From the NCBI GenBank assembly GCA_964016885.1, contig OZ024747.1, forward strand, positions 3,968,001 through 4,032,000: a DNA stretch of 64,000 nt, given 5' to 3'. Both the position numbers and the translations under genes were made by a program. Positions 1 through 16,236 of this stretch are shown one piece after another. The notes under the pieces were generated by a model, which saw only the letters and a list, made by a program, of their open reading frames with translations, was not told the origin of the DNA and did not search any database. The stretch comes from Eledone cirrhosa (Eukaryota). How positions within the stretch are numbered: the first letter of the stretch is position 1; each line of letters starts with the position of its first letter.

Positions 1-1061
<1,061 letters not shown>

Positions 1062-2962
1062 GAGAAAGAAAGAGTAATAGAGGTATAGAAAAAGAGGTAT
1101 ATTGAGTGTTACATGTATATATATAGATTAATATATTTGTGAGTTTGTGCATGCATGCATCCACCTTTTAAAAAACACCTAAAGTGCTGCAGCTTAACAT
1201 TTCAGTTGTTGAAGATCAATAGAATGAATACTGATTCAACCTAAAGGTTATATTGGTATCAGTAAAGGCATCTAGTCATAGTAGGCTGATTTAACTCTTT
1301 TGTACCAAATCTATTACATAATACTTCACTTCTTCTTTGCCCACTTACTCCTGGAATCTTTGACAGGGCAGAGTCCTGAAACACTCCTTTCATTGGGTCC
1401 TGTCTGAAGCAACCATCTCCAATTGATCTGGCTGGATCACCAAGGATGACCAGCCATGCTTATGGATGTTATCCAGCCACCTTATTAAGGGTTTACCTCT
1501 TACCCCATGCGGGGATATTGTGTATCTATCTGCTCCTCATCATCATCATCATCTATACATGCTGGTTTTAGTTGTTCTAGAGGATTTCAGGCAGTTTATT
1601 GCAGCCAGATTCCTTTCCTGATTTCAAGCCTTCCTTGTTTCTCTTGTAAGTTACTTATTTCCCTGGATTTCATACATTCAGCTGCTGAGCTACAAGGTAC
1701 ATAGTTTATGAGGAACATAAACACTGCAAATATGGTTGGTGTTTGGAATGTCATCCAACCAAAGAGACAGTTCTGTATGATTAAGACACAATCACCTGAT
1801 CTAACTTGTCTCACAATGGAACAACTGTGGAAAAATGTACGTTAAACAGTGATTGTGATATTGATGATAGAAAAACTTCACCATCTGCTCCATTGGTTTC
1901 AAATACAAATATATGCAAATAAACATTCATGTATCTCCAATGTCATTCTAATGCCACCTGTCTTTCATCATGTCCCTTGGCAAAGAACATGTAGCCTCCC
2001 ACCTCCACTCACACTCCCATCAATGCTATTCTAGACTTTACAAAAATGTCACAAATTCACTCCCTCTCTTTAATGCCATCACCCTTCTCTAATCTCCTCC
2101 TCTCACACCTCTTTCCTCTCTCTCTCTAATCCTCTTCTCTTTCCAGTTACCTCCCCAACTCAAGCAACATGTATTGTTTCCCCCACCATACTCTCATCTA
2201 CCCAATTTCTATCACTGGAAGGATGGCCAACTATGACACAAGGAGCTCCTACTGTTGATAAGTGGTAGTGTTGCTGCCATAGCAACAAACACATAGTCCA
2301 GCCCAATCTGTTAGTTGATAATGTCAGTATGGCAGTAAATTGGCAGAGTTGTTAGGACATCAGATAGAATGGGTTGCAGTATTTTTTTCGGGTCTCTCCT
2401 CTCTGAGTTCAAATGCTACCAAAGTCAACTTTGCCTTTCATCCATCCAAAATCAATAAAAAAGTACCTGTTCAGTGTTGAGGTCGATTCTTCCTCAATAT
2501 ATTTTTCTCTCTTCCATTCTCTCACTCTCTATCCTTCTCTAGAGGAAATCTGCTGTATTCAGACTTGGAGTAGGGAAGGGCTCTGCCAAGTGTTAAAATG
2601 CTCTCAAAATGTTGTATGTCAATACTGCACCCCTTAGGAGGTAAGCGGGGGGGGGGGGGGGGGGATAGAAGACAAACTGTGAAAGGATTGGCATTAGGAG
2701 GGGCATCCAGCTGTTGGAACTAGGTCAGAAGAGAATGCATTAGACTCAGTCATCTGACTTGTCTAATATTTTAACATATTACAGGCTACCATAGTTTTTG
2801 TGTTTATCAATTTCCCTCATAAGGAATGGGTCAACCCAAGGTTATCCTAGAAGACACTTACCCATGATACCATAGAGGCAGCTCAAACATGAAACTACAT
2901 GGTTGATGGGATATTTTATAGATTCTCCAGCCTTGCCAGACCTATATATATATATATATATA

Positions 2963-3271
2963 TGTGTCTGATGGTAGCTAAGATGCTTCCATAGGCGGTA
3001 TGCCGGTTGAGCACTCTATGCTATTACAGAGCAGAGTATGATAGAATAGAAAACGAAAAATCAGTGCTGCATCTGAACTCAATTTATTGTGTGTTACAAT
3101 TGTTTCCCTGGAGGACAGCTCGAGACGCGATCGTTGTGTGGATCTGTCTGATTCTGGACCCGCAGGTTTGATGGACCCGGGTCCAGAATCAGGCAGATCC
3201 ACACAATGTGGAAACAATTGTAACACACAATAAATTGAGTTCAGATGCATCACTGATTTTTCGTTTTCTAT

Positions 3272-3274
<3 letters not shown>
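2963..3274 (-). mobile_element. Fold-back insert with hammerhead 3' half (family B)
   Basis: Inverted arms span 3043-3274; GAA-ACAATTGT-A at 3211-3222 is mirrored in the left arm; a homologous non-inverted copy lies at ~60788-60932. Confidence 0.65.
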
Positions 3275-3324
<50 letters not shown>

Positions 3325-3352
3325 AGAGAGAGAGAAATATATTCATATATAT

Positions 3353-3442
3353 AAGTGTGGTAAGATACCAGGTGGACCATAACGCAGCAGAGTACTCGAG
3401 ACTTAGGGTAATAGAGAGGGTAATAGGAAAAGAGTCAGGACA
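3353..3442 (-). mobile_element. 3' tail fragment of family H insert
   Basis: Reverse complement matches 14920-15000 and 27463-27540 (ttcctattaccc..ctaag..gagtact..tgcgttatggtcca.ctgg). Confidence 0.65.
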
Positions 3443-3487
3443 TATGTGTGTGTGTATATATATATATGTATATATACATATATATAT

Positions 3488-3659
3488 ACCATGTGCCCAG
3501 CACTATGTGTCAATAATTGTCACAAGTGTAGTGTTTGTACCAGAGTTTTCAAGTCGCTGACTGGACTAAAAAGTCACACTCGTTCAGCGCATCGGTAGGG
3601 GTTCTCCTACATGGATATAAAGTAGTGGCCGTACTCGAAAACGAGTTGGCAGCCACCAT
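3488..3659 (+). mobile_element. RTE-type LINE 3' end with terminal C2H2 finger, in (TA)n
   Basis: [23 protein letters not shown] followed by a short 3'UTR; reverse-strand homolog at 40097-40265. Confidence 0.65.
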
Positions 3660-3729
3660 ATATACATATATATATATATATGTGTATGTGTATGTATATA
3701 TATATATAAATATGCATGTGGGTATGTGT

Positions 3730-3769
<40 letters not shown>

Positions 3770-4190
3770 TTGTGTGTATATATATGTATGTGTGTGTATA
3801 TATATTGTATATATGTGTATATAAACAAGTGTATGTATATATATATATATATATATAAATGTATATATATATGTGTGTGTATGTTCATAATTTTCTACAT
3901 TTGTAGAATTATAAGTGACTCATCCCTATATTAAATCTACTTCTGTTCTGAGAGTCACAGGCAGTTTAGCCATTTTTTTCATTTTAGATTTTTCCCACTT
4001 TTTTATTCCCATACATTTTTTTCATTCATAAGTGTATACTTGTGCCTGAGTCTGTTTGTGTGTGTGTGTGCATGTATACATTTATGGTTGTGTATGCATC
4101 TAATACAGATTTATGCATGCGTGTGTGTATATGTATATAATTAAATATATGTGTGTTTGTATGATTATAAAAAACACACACACATATATG

Positions 4191-4237
<47 letters not shown>

Positions 4238-4362
4238 ATATTTATATATATGTGTATATATTTATATATGTGTGTATTTATATATATGTATATATATTTA
4301 TATATGTGTGTATTTATATATATGTATGTATATATATATATGTGTGTGTGTATATATATATG

Positions 4363-4400
<38 letters not shown>

Positions 4401-4462
4401 TGTGTGTATATATGTGTGTATATATGTATATATATATATATAAATATATATATACATATACC

Positions 4463-4497
<35 letters not shown>

Positions 4498-4501
4498 CAC
4501 A

Positions 4502-4537
<36 letters not shown>

Positions 4538-4541
4538 CACA

Positions 4542-4724
<183 letters not shown>

Positions 4725-4785
4725 CACCATCATCATCGTTTAACGTCCATCTTCCACGCTAGCATGGGTTTATATACATATATAT

Positions 4786-4831
<46 letters not shown>

Positions 4832-5250
4832 TTATCCATGGGAACCTTAACCAAGCTGTCATTGGCTGCAGCAGACATCTACAGACACACAGACACAATC
4901 ATACATCACTGTACTGTGTTCTTGATAGGATTTCAACAAAACTATTTCTCTTCTCTCTCGCTCATATTCATATACAACATAGACCTATCCACACAAAACA
5001 TTGTCAGCACAGCTTTACTCTCCACAACACCAATACAAACAATACAACTATAATAACAGGATATATAGAATCTTTATCTATCACAATGGAAAAGAGTTTT
5101 ACCAATGTAAGTAAAATATTTTAATCTTGAAAAAAAAAAAAAATTAGAAATTAAAAAAATTAAGAATACAGATCGATGGAATTATGAAGTATATATATAT
5201 ACATATATTATATATAATATATTATATATATATAATATATTATATATATA

Positions 5251-5459
5251 GTAATAATAATAAATGACTAAAATCCAAAGAGGGCTCGATAAGGATAAAT
5301 ATATATCAAATATATAAGAACCGTAGAGCAAATATTTATTAAAATAACAGATTAAAGTTTAAGCAAAGAGTCGTTGCTTTCACCCTTAACAGAAGATCCC
5401 GTTAAGGGTGAAAGCAGCAATTCTTTGCTTAAACTTTAATCTGTTATTTTAATAAATAT
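5251..5459. mobile_element. Fold-back insert in (TA)n with hammerhead-like core (family E)
   Basis: Arms 5332-5390 and 5401-5459; the apex reads CAGAAGA-t-CCC-gttaa-GGG-t-GAAAGCAG; related pieces at ~55250-55265, 55332-55385 and 55541-55605. Confidence 0.7.
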
Positions 5460-5656
5460 AATATATTATATATATATATATATATAATATATTATATATA
5501 TATATTATATTATATATATTATATATAGTATGTATACTTGTAAGATAATCTTTTTTATGCTTCTCCTTGTTTTTATATATAAATGAGTTTTACAATCTAT
5601 ATATATATAATTCCTTTCTTAACAGAAGTTTTTTTTTTCTGCTCTCCACTGCATGT

Positions 5657-5706
<50 letters not shown>

Positions 5707-6055
5707 CCATATATACATATATACATGGAAACATGTGTCTGTGTGGGTTTCTATCACATACATGTTGGATACATGTTGCCACATGTGCTGATGTTTGTAT
5801 AAATACATTTTTTTTAATTGCGGGCATAATTTTGTGTCTGAGACTGATTGTCTGCATACACAAACAAGTAAACAAATACACATGTAGCCCTACATATACA
5901 CACATGTATACAAAATGTCTGTCTGTCTCTCTCTGCCCATTCTATCTCTCTCTCTCTCTGTATATATATCCAAAATTAAATTAAATTAAGGGTTGTCAAT
6001 ATATATTATATATATATATATATATTATATATATATATGTCAATCTATTTCTAGT

Positions 6056-6091
<36 letters not shown>

Positions 6092-6290
6092 TCAAGGGCG
6101 GTACCCCAGCATAGCCTCAGCCAGATGGCTCGAACAGGTAAAAGAGTAAAAGAATATATATATATATATATATATATGATATTAAATAAATGGAAACTAT
6201 ATTTATAACCCAACAATTTAAATATAACTTTCCATATATATATATATATATATATATATACTTTTACTCTTTTATATATATATATATATA

Positions 6291-6471
6291 GGTAGATTCC
6301 CAATGTATATCAGGAGGTGACTACAGTGAAAAAAGGTACTCAATATGTCAGTAGAGGATAAGCATATTTATTTTAATATAAAAATGACTTCTACAGGACT
6401 AGATATGTTTCATGATGATTTCTTACGAATGAAAGTTTTAATCCAGTAGAAGTCATTTCTATATTAAAATA
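6291..6471 (-). mobile_element. Fold-back insert in (TA)n (family F)
   Basis: Imperfect arms 6369-6471 with tgatgat-TTC-ttac-GAA-t-gaaag at the apex; GTACTCAATA at 6336-6345; homologous to 39197-39352 and 53086-53250. Confidence 0.65.
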
Positions 6472-6778
6472 TATATATATATCAACATACACACACACAC
6501 ACACCTGTATATATCTCTTCATCATCATCATCATCATCGTTTAACGTCCGTGTTCCATGCTTGCATGGGTTTGGACGGGAGTTTTCCCACTTGAGGCAAG
6601 AGTGGTTGTCTTGCTCGCATAGGACTGTCTGGCGGGTTTTCTACAGTTGGATGCCCTTCCTAACACCAACCACATTTACAGTGTGGGGCTGGGAGGTTTT
6701 TACCGTGTTGCCTACACGGCCACATTTACAGCGTGGACTGTCTGGCAGGTTTTCTACAGCTGGATGCCCTTCCTAACA

Positions 6779-6833
<55 letters not shown>

Positions 6834-6911
6834 GTAATGTATATATCTATATGTTTGAAATTGAACCTGAAACTCAGCTGGGAATTGCTTAATTAACTTT
6901 GGAAAGACGAC

Positions 6912-8036
6912 AGATAAACCAGTTAATCCCAGTGGGAAAGGTAAACAAATTAATCCCTGTGAGACAGGTAAACCAGTTAAACCTAGTAGGACAGGTAAAC
7001 ATTTAATCCCTGTGAGACAGGTAAACCAGTTAATCCCTGTGAGACAGGTAAACTAGTTAATCCTAATGAGACAGGTAAACCAGTTAATTCTAATGAGGCA
7101 GGTAAACCAGTTAATCCTAATGAGATAGGTAAACCAACTAATTCTAATGAGACAGGTAAACCAGTTAATCCTAATGAGGCAGGTAAACCAGTTAATCCTA
7201 ATGAGGCAGGTAAACCAACTAATTCTAATGAGACAGGTAAACCAGTTAATTCTAATGAGGCAGGTAAACCAGTTAATCCTAATGAGACAGGTAAACCAAC
7301 TAATTCTAATGAGACAGGTAAACCAGTTAATCCTAATGAGACAGGTAAACCAACTAATTCTAATGAGACAGGTAAACCAGTTGAGATAGGTAAACCAACT
7401 AATTCTAATGAGACAGGTAAACCAGTTAATCCTAATGAGGCAGGTAAACCAGTTAATCCTAATGAGGCAGGTAAACCAACTAATTCTAATGAGACAGGTA
7501 AACCAACTAATTCTAATGAGACAGGTAAACCAGTTAATCCTAATGAGACAGGTAAACCAACTAATTCTAATGAGACAAGTAAACCAGTTAATTCTAATGA
7601 GATAGGTAAACCAACTAATTCTAATGAGACAGGTAAACCAGTTAATCCTAATGAGGCAGGTAAACCAGTTAATCCTAATGAGACAGGTAAACCAACTAAT
7701 TCTAATGAGACAGGTAAACCAACTAATTCTAATGAGACAGGTAAACCAACTAATTCTAATGAGACAGGTAAACCAGTTAATCCTAATGAGACAGGTAAAC
7801 CAACTAATTCTAATGAGACAGGTAAACCAGTTAATCCTAATGAGACAGGTAAACCAATTAATCCCAGTGGGACAGGTAAACCAATTAATCCTAATGAGAC
7901 AGGTAAACCAACTAATTCTAATGAGACAGGTAAACCAGTTAATCCTAATGAGACAGGTAAACCAATTAATCCCAGTGGGACAGGTAAACCAATTAATCCC
8001 AGTGGGACAGGTAAACCAGTTAATTCTAATGAGACT
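6912..8036. repeat. 27-bp minisatellite, about 41 units
   Basis: Unit gagacaggtaaaccagttaatcctaat with caactaattct and cccagtgg variants. Confidence 0.95.
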
Positions 8037-9401
8037 TACTCTCACAAAGTAGCAAGGTAGAAATAATAAATAGATTTAACTAAAAAAAATATAAGGAAAT
8101 AAAAAGTCAACAAGACAGCATGATATTTGGTAAAATGGTAAAATGCTAATTTTGGTATAATTATGGATTTTCTCCTAAATTATAGATAGATTAATTTCCT
8201 TAGCAGAATCTTGCAAAGTTATAAATAAATATTATAGTCATCAAAAAAACAACAAAAAACAAATTAATCATATGTGAAATAAATTATATTGCATAGGAGT
8301 TAAAGAGGTTGCTAAGCTTTCTAGAAATGACAACCAAATCTCCCTCAAACTACATACTTCTGCATTAAATAATGTAGACAATGGGGTGCACTATAAGATG
8401 TGATGGCCATGTTTAGTCTAAGCTTGCTTGGTCTTAATGTATATATTGGGGTACATTATTTCTTGTAAATGGAATGGCTATACTTACTATGGGCTTGCTT
8501 GGTCTTAAACAATCTATATATTGGATAAGATGGGGCGGCCATGCTTAGACTAGGCTTACTTCGAAACAAAGTAAAACAAAAAATGAACAAAGTTTCAGTG
8601 TATTTCAGTGTATTTTTTACACTGTTTAGGCAGAGAAGAAAAGGCATACCTGAGGCTCCTTATAAGTGCCTCCAAGTATTCCCCTCATATCATGCATGAC
8701 GAACTTAAGAAATAAAAAGGAATGACATATTGGGCCATATAGGAAAAGATAGGAGAGTCACTATTTCTGTTTATTATTTCTCTTTTTTTTTTTACTTGAC
8801 AATGAGTTGAGAGATGCTGTGCTGAAAAGGACCCATTCAATCTATGCAAGCATGGAAAAACTGACAAGAAAACAATGATGTTGATGATGATGGAGGAACA
8901 AGAGTGATGCTTTGTAAACTAGTGCAAGGGAGGGTGATTAAGTAGAAATCGTGAGGCCAGTGACCAGGTCTGAATACTTGCAACAGAATAGGCTCTGCTA
9001 AGGGGTACAGAAGTTCCAAGAATTGGTGAGGAACAAGGGGACAGATTCTAACATCGAAGTAGCCTGACGGTTTGAAATCAGGAGCAAACAATGATGAAGG
9101 AAATCATTGTGTGCTACGCTCTAATGACTCTGCCAATTAAGTGATGTGTAAGCATTCATCCATTTCCTGGAATAGCTTTTGTTAATTGAGATAATATAGG
9201 AAAACAAAAGATGTAAACTGTTACATTATTATCAACTTCATTTCCACCTGCTGGCATGGGTGTGACACTTCAGGAAGGATCACATATAAAGGCACATGCA
9301 TATCTATATATCTGTGTGAATATATACATATGTACTCATATACACACAAGCACATATATATATAGGTATATATACACATACACATATATATATACACACT
9401 G

Positions 9402-9443
<42 letters not shown>

Positions 9444-9464
9444 CAATCTCTCTCTCTCTCTCTT

Positions 9465-9575
<111 letters not shown>

Positions 9576-9576
9576 A

Positions 9577-9971
<395 letters not shown>

Positions 9972-10767
9972 AATCCTGTTGGTGTATTTGCCATCCCCTG
10001 TGGGCAGGGCAGAACCAGAGTTCAGCATGTGTTAATCCTAATGAAGCAGTTATTTTTTTATAGTCTTTTTGTAATTTTTTTTTATTCCTATTTTTTTCTA
10101 TATTTCTTAAACTGTTGACTGGATGGCCTTTCTGTCAAAGATGTGGTCTTTATGCTCTCTTATATAAATATATACATGTAAGTCTCTCTCAATATATATA
10201 TATATATTTTTATATACACATACATATATATTGTATGTATATATATATAAAATTTATACAGATATATATATATATTCTATATATATGATACCAAACATGT
10301 ATATATATAAACTATATATATTGTATATATAAAGTAGATATATATATATTACATATATAAACTCTATATTATATATATAAATTATGTATATTATATATAT
10401 ATAAATTATATATATTATATATATATATATAAACTATATATTTTATATATATAAATTTTATATATATATATATATATATATACATATATATATAGTATAT
10501 ATATATTGCATATATTATATGTGTATATATATATTGTAAATATTATCTCTCTCTCTCTCTATATATATATATATTGTAAATATTATATATATAATATTTA
10601 TATAACAATATATATACTATATATGTGTTTATGTATATATATATATGTATATCATCATCATCAGCAGCAGGCATGAAAATAATAATAATGATGATGTTGT
10701 ACATATATAGATGCATATACATAGTTATATATATAGTATATATAATTTATACATATATATATATATA

Positions 10768-11790
10768 TCTTCTTCCGCAACTTATTCCTGAGAGGGTCGA
10801 GTGGGCAGAGTGCTAAGGCACTGCTGCCAGTGGATCATGTCAGAAGCAACTGTTTCCAACTGATCTGGCTTCATCCACAAGTGAGATCATCCAAGCTCAT
10901 GGATGATCCAACCATCTTGCTCATGGTATATATATAATTGTTTCTACTATTGGCACAAGGCCAGAAATTACCCAGTGCATTACTGGTACTTTATTTTATC
11001 GACCCCGTAAGGATGAAAGGCAAAGTTAACCTCGGCGGGATTTGAACTCAGAATGGCAAGGGCCGTAACTCTATGCGTCAAAGCATGGCGTCCGACCCTC
11101 TACCGATACTGCCAATCCACCGCCATGGTCTATATATATAATTGTAGCAAGATGGATAGTCTTGATCCTAATATGAAACAAGTATGAGCTGGACAAAGAT
11201 GGATCCAAGAATTCGGATGCTGAAATTCTAGAGGTATCACCTTCTTGAAAGGAAGCATTGGGAAAATGGTTAACAGAGTAGACTGGGCGTTTAGAGATGT
11301 TGTTCCTCCCCCCACCAACAAGAGATAAGTTGTTTGATAATCTGTAGCAACTGCATGTCACATTTTCCCAACTGTTAATACTACTACATGAACTTTTCCA
11401 CCTCCTTCAGTGGAACTCTCCTCACGTGTAGTATGTGCACTGTGCAGAATTCTTTGAGAGGACAAGTGTCTCAGTCTTTGCAGTATTAATTTTTATTCTT
11501 GCTGTGCAGCACTCAGCAACAAACCAATCAAGTGTATCTCAGGGAACACTTTCTGATGATAAAAGTAACACCATGACATCTGCAAATTCCAGCCAACTGA
11601 TTCTACACCTGTCAGTTGTAATATCACTTCCAACCTAGCTGTTCATGTCAATTTTATTCATGAAGAATATGAACAGGAGAGGTGATATCAGGCCTCCATT
11701 AAGTGGTTTCGCACCACTTATCTCAACACAAATACTAGGGCTTTCATATAGAGACATTAGGGCAACAAGAAGCTGTCCATCAATCCCATA
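10768..11790 (-). mobile_element. Fragmented RTE-clade (Expander/Rex3-like) LINE, interrupted by a SINE
   Basis: RT remnant ISPLLFIFFMN..LEFADVMVLL..KINTAKTETLVL at ~11385-11790; 3' end RWLDH..DQLETVASD..W..LPTRPSQE* with GAA tail at 10768-10920. Further 3' ends at ~1325-1485, 38463-38622 and 38735-38882. Confidence 0.65.
10935..11125 (-). mobile_element. SINE family A
   Basis: Full-length reverse match to 59205-59387. Confidence 0.8.
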
Positions 11791-11964
11791 CTCACATTTT
11801 ATTCTTATCCTAACTTATTTCTTAAAGCTGACTCTACTGGAGATTCTTTTTGTCTTCTTTTCTCTTTTTTCTATTCTACTTGATATTGTCAATTGGCTCT
11901 GGTCATGCTGTAGCAATACATTTGAAAGAAACTTTGTTTTTCTTCTCATGGGATAATGGTATAG

Positions 11965-12148
11965 CTTTGGCAGTATTGGTAGAGCATAATACACCATGCT
12001 TTTCAGCATAGAGCCATGGCCCTTTATGATCTGAGTTCAAATCCCAGTGAGGTTAACTTTGTCTTTCATCCTTACAGGGTCAATAAAATAAAGTACCAGT
12101 AATGCACTGGGATAATTGCTGGCCTTGTGCCAAAAGTAGAAACAATTA
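11965..12148 (+). mobile_element. SINE family A
   Basis: Match to 59205-59387. Confidence 0.8.
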
Positions 12149-13257
12149 TTTTAAATCTGTCTTTATTTCTTAGTTTTTACTCAACTACTGAATATGGGGA
12201 ATAGGCAGAATCATAAGAGCCTCAGTTCCTTAATTTTTACTTCAGATCCTACCATGCTAATTTTTGTCTTTTAGGGTTTGTGGTTGTGTAAGCAGTAGGA
12301 ACCATAAGGCATTACTCTATGTTTAGGTCTCATCCATTGTCCAACATGATGGATCATGTGTATGATACCATTGCCATTACAATGCCAAACCTCTGGTTTC
12401 ACCACTAACTACATCCAACATCCTGCTGCCAATGTCTTCACATGTAACTCTGGTAAGGGTTATCAGATTAGGATAAGCTTTGCCTTTCATCCTTTCAGGT
12501 TAAAGTGTTAGATTTATGATGGTAATGACATGGGTTTTATTTCTTGAACATTTTGAACATTGTTCTGTTAACTAACTTTGCAGTGGTTGGAAAAATAAAA
12601 ACGAGTGTTCGCATGAGAAATGACATTTGACTGTAGAATAGTGTCCTTGTCCGGCCCTTACTAACATAGGAAAAGGGATTTAAAAGATTGACATGTGCTG
12701 CCAGGATGGTCAAGCAGTCTAGGACACCAGACTCAAGGTGTTTATATACCTTAACCAGAATTGAGTAATAAACTGATGATGAAATTTCTTTCTAGAAGTT
12801 TGTAATGTATATGTTATACTGTATTTAACTGGGAACATATCTCACCTGCTCATATTTGAAGGTTGTATCATGTATTGTACAAGCAATGATAACAATGTCA
12901 AATTCTTTTCTGCATCCTTACTTTAAAGAACTATAAATCTATGTATGTGTACATGTACATGGACACAAGTACATATTAAACATACTCAAATATATATATA
13001 TATATGGGTGAGTGTTAATGTGTATATATGTCTATAAATGCACGTGGAACACAAAAGATATAGAATAAGAGAGTTGAATGTGTCTTGAGGCATACCATGT
13101 ACATAATTTAAGAATATTCAAATATGTTGTAATATTTTAGAGTATATAATATATATATAGATATATATATAACATATGTAACATACATATATGAATAAAT
13201 GTGGGTGTGTATATGCTAGCATGGAAAACAGGCATTAAACAATGATGATGATATATA

Positions 13258-13301
<44 letters not shown>

Positions 13302-14811
13302 CACCATCACCATCATCCTTTTTATGTTTGTTTTTCCATGCTTAGGCATGTATATATAACATTTACATACACACAAAGCAGATACAAAATCATGATGTTG
13401 ATATATATACATACACAAATATATACATATAAATCCCAATATGCACATGCATGCACATAGATGCATACTTGCACACATGCATAGAACAAGTGGATTGTAA
13501 TGTTAGGATATATTGTTAGGAAAGAAAGGTTTTTGGAATTTGTCATTAAATATACATTTTTTATTTATTCCAAAAGGACCTAAGGAATGAAAATATCTCC
13601 ACCTTCATACTACTAGGTGTGTATTGAATATTGTGGATATCTGTATCAGAATATCAAGTAGATGTATACCAAACACATATGTATATGGATATAAAATATG
13701 TGCTATTCTGCATATGTATTTGTATAAATGCATGCTTAACATGTGTTTTGTGTGAACATGGTAATGCGTAGGTGTGTGGCGTGTCAACAACTTAGTATGT
13801 CTTGCCTTCTCCAAGCAAGTATGTGACAAGTTGCTAAATGAGATGGGTATATGTGTGGGGGTATATATGTATATATATTACTCTGGAATATCTGCTGTTG
13901 GTGTGAGTTTAAGTAGAGACATTCATCTGGTTTATATGATACCTCCAGATGAAATGTATGATACCTCCAGATGAAATGAACCAGGGAGGTGGAATATTCC
14001 CAGCTCCTGAGTAAATCTAGTCTTGAAACAATTTTGATATGTAAAAATAAGTCAAACTTTTAATATTTTAATATTTATAATGTATATACAGTTAGTCAAT
14101 CAATGGAATAGCCTGCTCCTGAAATCAATGTGCAAGTGACTTAGCATTCCACAGACATTCTTAGGGAGATTCAGCATGACCCAGTGTCTGATAAGGATGG
14201 CCCTTTGAATTAAAAATACACTTCATCTGATAGACTTCCAGACGGTTTCAACCTACCAAATTTCTCTCACAAGGCATTGGTTAAACCAAGCTATGGTGAA
14301 TAACACTTTCCCAAGGTGTCACTAATGATAAACTTCTTCACTTTTACCTCTCTTCTGCACCACCACCCCACCTCACTTGGCTTTCATATCCTCCTTCATC
14401 ATCTTTAGACAAAATCTTTCTTGGACTTTCCTTTCCTCTACTTCCTTCTACATTCAATACCATCATTCCTCTACCCCAATCCCTTTCCTTCTTCCTCAAC
14501 ACATGACCCAACCATCTCATTCCATTTTTTCCTCACAACATTAATCCCTGGTTCTATCCTAATCACCATCTGCAAAATTTATTGTTTACTTTCCTCTCTC
14601 TCAATAATGATGGGCAAAAATGCATCAAAGGACAGTGGCCAGTTGTCAACAGAGACAATCCACAAGGTGAATGACACTACTGGTCTCTGTCATTTGAGGT
14701 ATTTTTACCCATCACTGTCTTTGACAACATTTAGCTGTTAATGGCTATTCTAGCAATGAGTTTTCTCATTCTTATATATATTCAAATACACACACACACA
14801 CACACACACAC

Positions 14812-15008
14812 ATAGGAACAAGTATGACACTGACGGCAGAGCTCAAGCCATTTCGACAGCTAATTCTGGACTCAAGAATTAGTCGTCGAAACGGCTTGAG
14901 CTCTGCCGTCGGGGTCATACTTGTTCCTATTACCCACTCTACTACCCTAAGTATTGAGTACTTTGGTGCGTTATGGTCCATCTGGTTCCTTACCACATTT
15001 CCTTGTTA
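14812..15008 (+). mobile_element. Fold-back insert with hammerhead 3' half (family H)
   Basis: Arms 14812-14867 and 14875-14930; the right arm has GAA-ACGGC-ttgagctct-GCCGT-C; tail carries TATTGAGTAC; lies between (CA)n and (TA)n. Confidence 0.7.
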
Positions 15009-15165
15009 TATATATATATAATTAATTTGAATGTAATGTTTAGTTATCAGTGGCTCACCAGTTTGAGCACTCAATACCAATATGGCTCTGGCTGCCGCTG
15101 TCGTATTCCATGTTTGGTGTCACACCATAGTCACTATCTTTAAAAGGCAGCAAAGTAATAATAAT

Positions 15166-15375
15166 AATAATTGTTTCTACTTTTGGCACAAGGCCAGCAA
15201 TTACCCCACTACATTACTGGTACTTTATTTTATCAACCCCGTAAGGATGAGAGCTAAAGTTAACCTCGGCCAGATTTCGACTCAGAACGTAAAGACTCAT
15301 AACTTTATGCTGCAAAGCATGGCGTCTGCAGCACAGAGTTATGACCCTTTACGTTCTGAGTTCAAATCCTGCTGA
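15166..15375 (-). mobile_element. SINE family A with short inverted head
   Basis: Minus copy 15166-15327, then a plus-strand fragment 15328-15375. Confidence 0.7.
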
Positions 15376-15818
15376 AATAATAATAATAATGAGCAGGAAT
15401 AAAGTATTAATACAGCATCTATATATACTTATATGTGTGTATATATATACCATATATATATATATATATACATATGCACAAATAGATTCATTCATATATT
15501 ATATAGAAAAGTTGAGTGTATATATTTATTCAAAACAATGACTCCAACAAGACTAGCCATATTTCCTCAACTAAAGTTTACAAGACTGGACTTGTAAGAG
15601 TGAGTGTTATAAATAAATAAATATATTCAAAGATACATACACACTCAAGTATATAAACACATTCAAACATACACTAACATATGTACACACAGACACAAAT
15701 CTACTCGCATTCAAACATACTCAAATACACACACAGACATACACATGTACACACTCATACAGAAATATTCCACTACTTGTTTGTGTGTTAATATATATAT
15801 CAATATATATATAAATAT

Positions 15819-15991
<173 letters not shown>

Positions 15992-16205
15992 CACTTATGC
16001 AACATGAAGAGGTGACTTGAATAATATATGCTTTTTTCACACTGGTGGCAGTTAGTTCCGATATTACATTAAATCTTTGCAGTTTTTGGTCTGGTTTGTC
16101 TCATTAGAGCATATATATGTGTCTGTGCATGAAATAGTGTGTATATATATATATATATATATTCATGTATATGTATTTATATATATGTATATATATGTAT
16201 TTATA

Positions 16206-16236
<31 letters not shown>

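Noticed and set aside
3535-3600. C2H2 zinc finger as a host ZNF gene
   Set aside because: A single finger followed by a stop, present in two dispersed copies in (TA)n; it fits a LINE C-terminus.
6912-8036. CRISPR-like regular repeats (also 24427-25290, 31960-34478, 63348-64000)
   Set aside because: Units are head-to-tail with no unique spacers, there are no cas genes, and the context is eukaryotic; these are minisatellites.
7053-8052. Long repetitive ORFs (330, 376, 336, 305 and 326 aa, here and in the other arrays)
   Set aside because: They are stop-free frames of tandem units whose length is a multiple of 3, with no other coding evidence.
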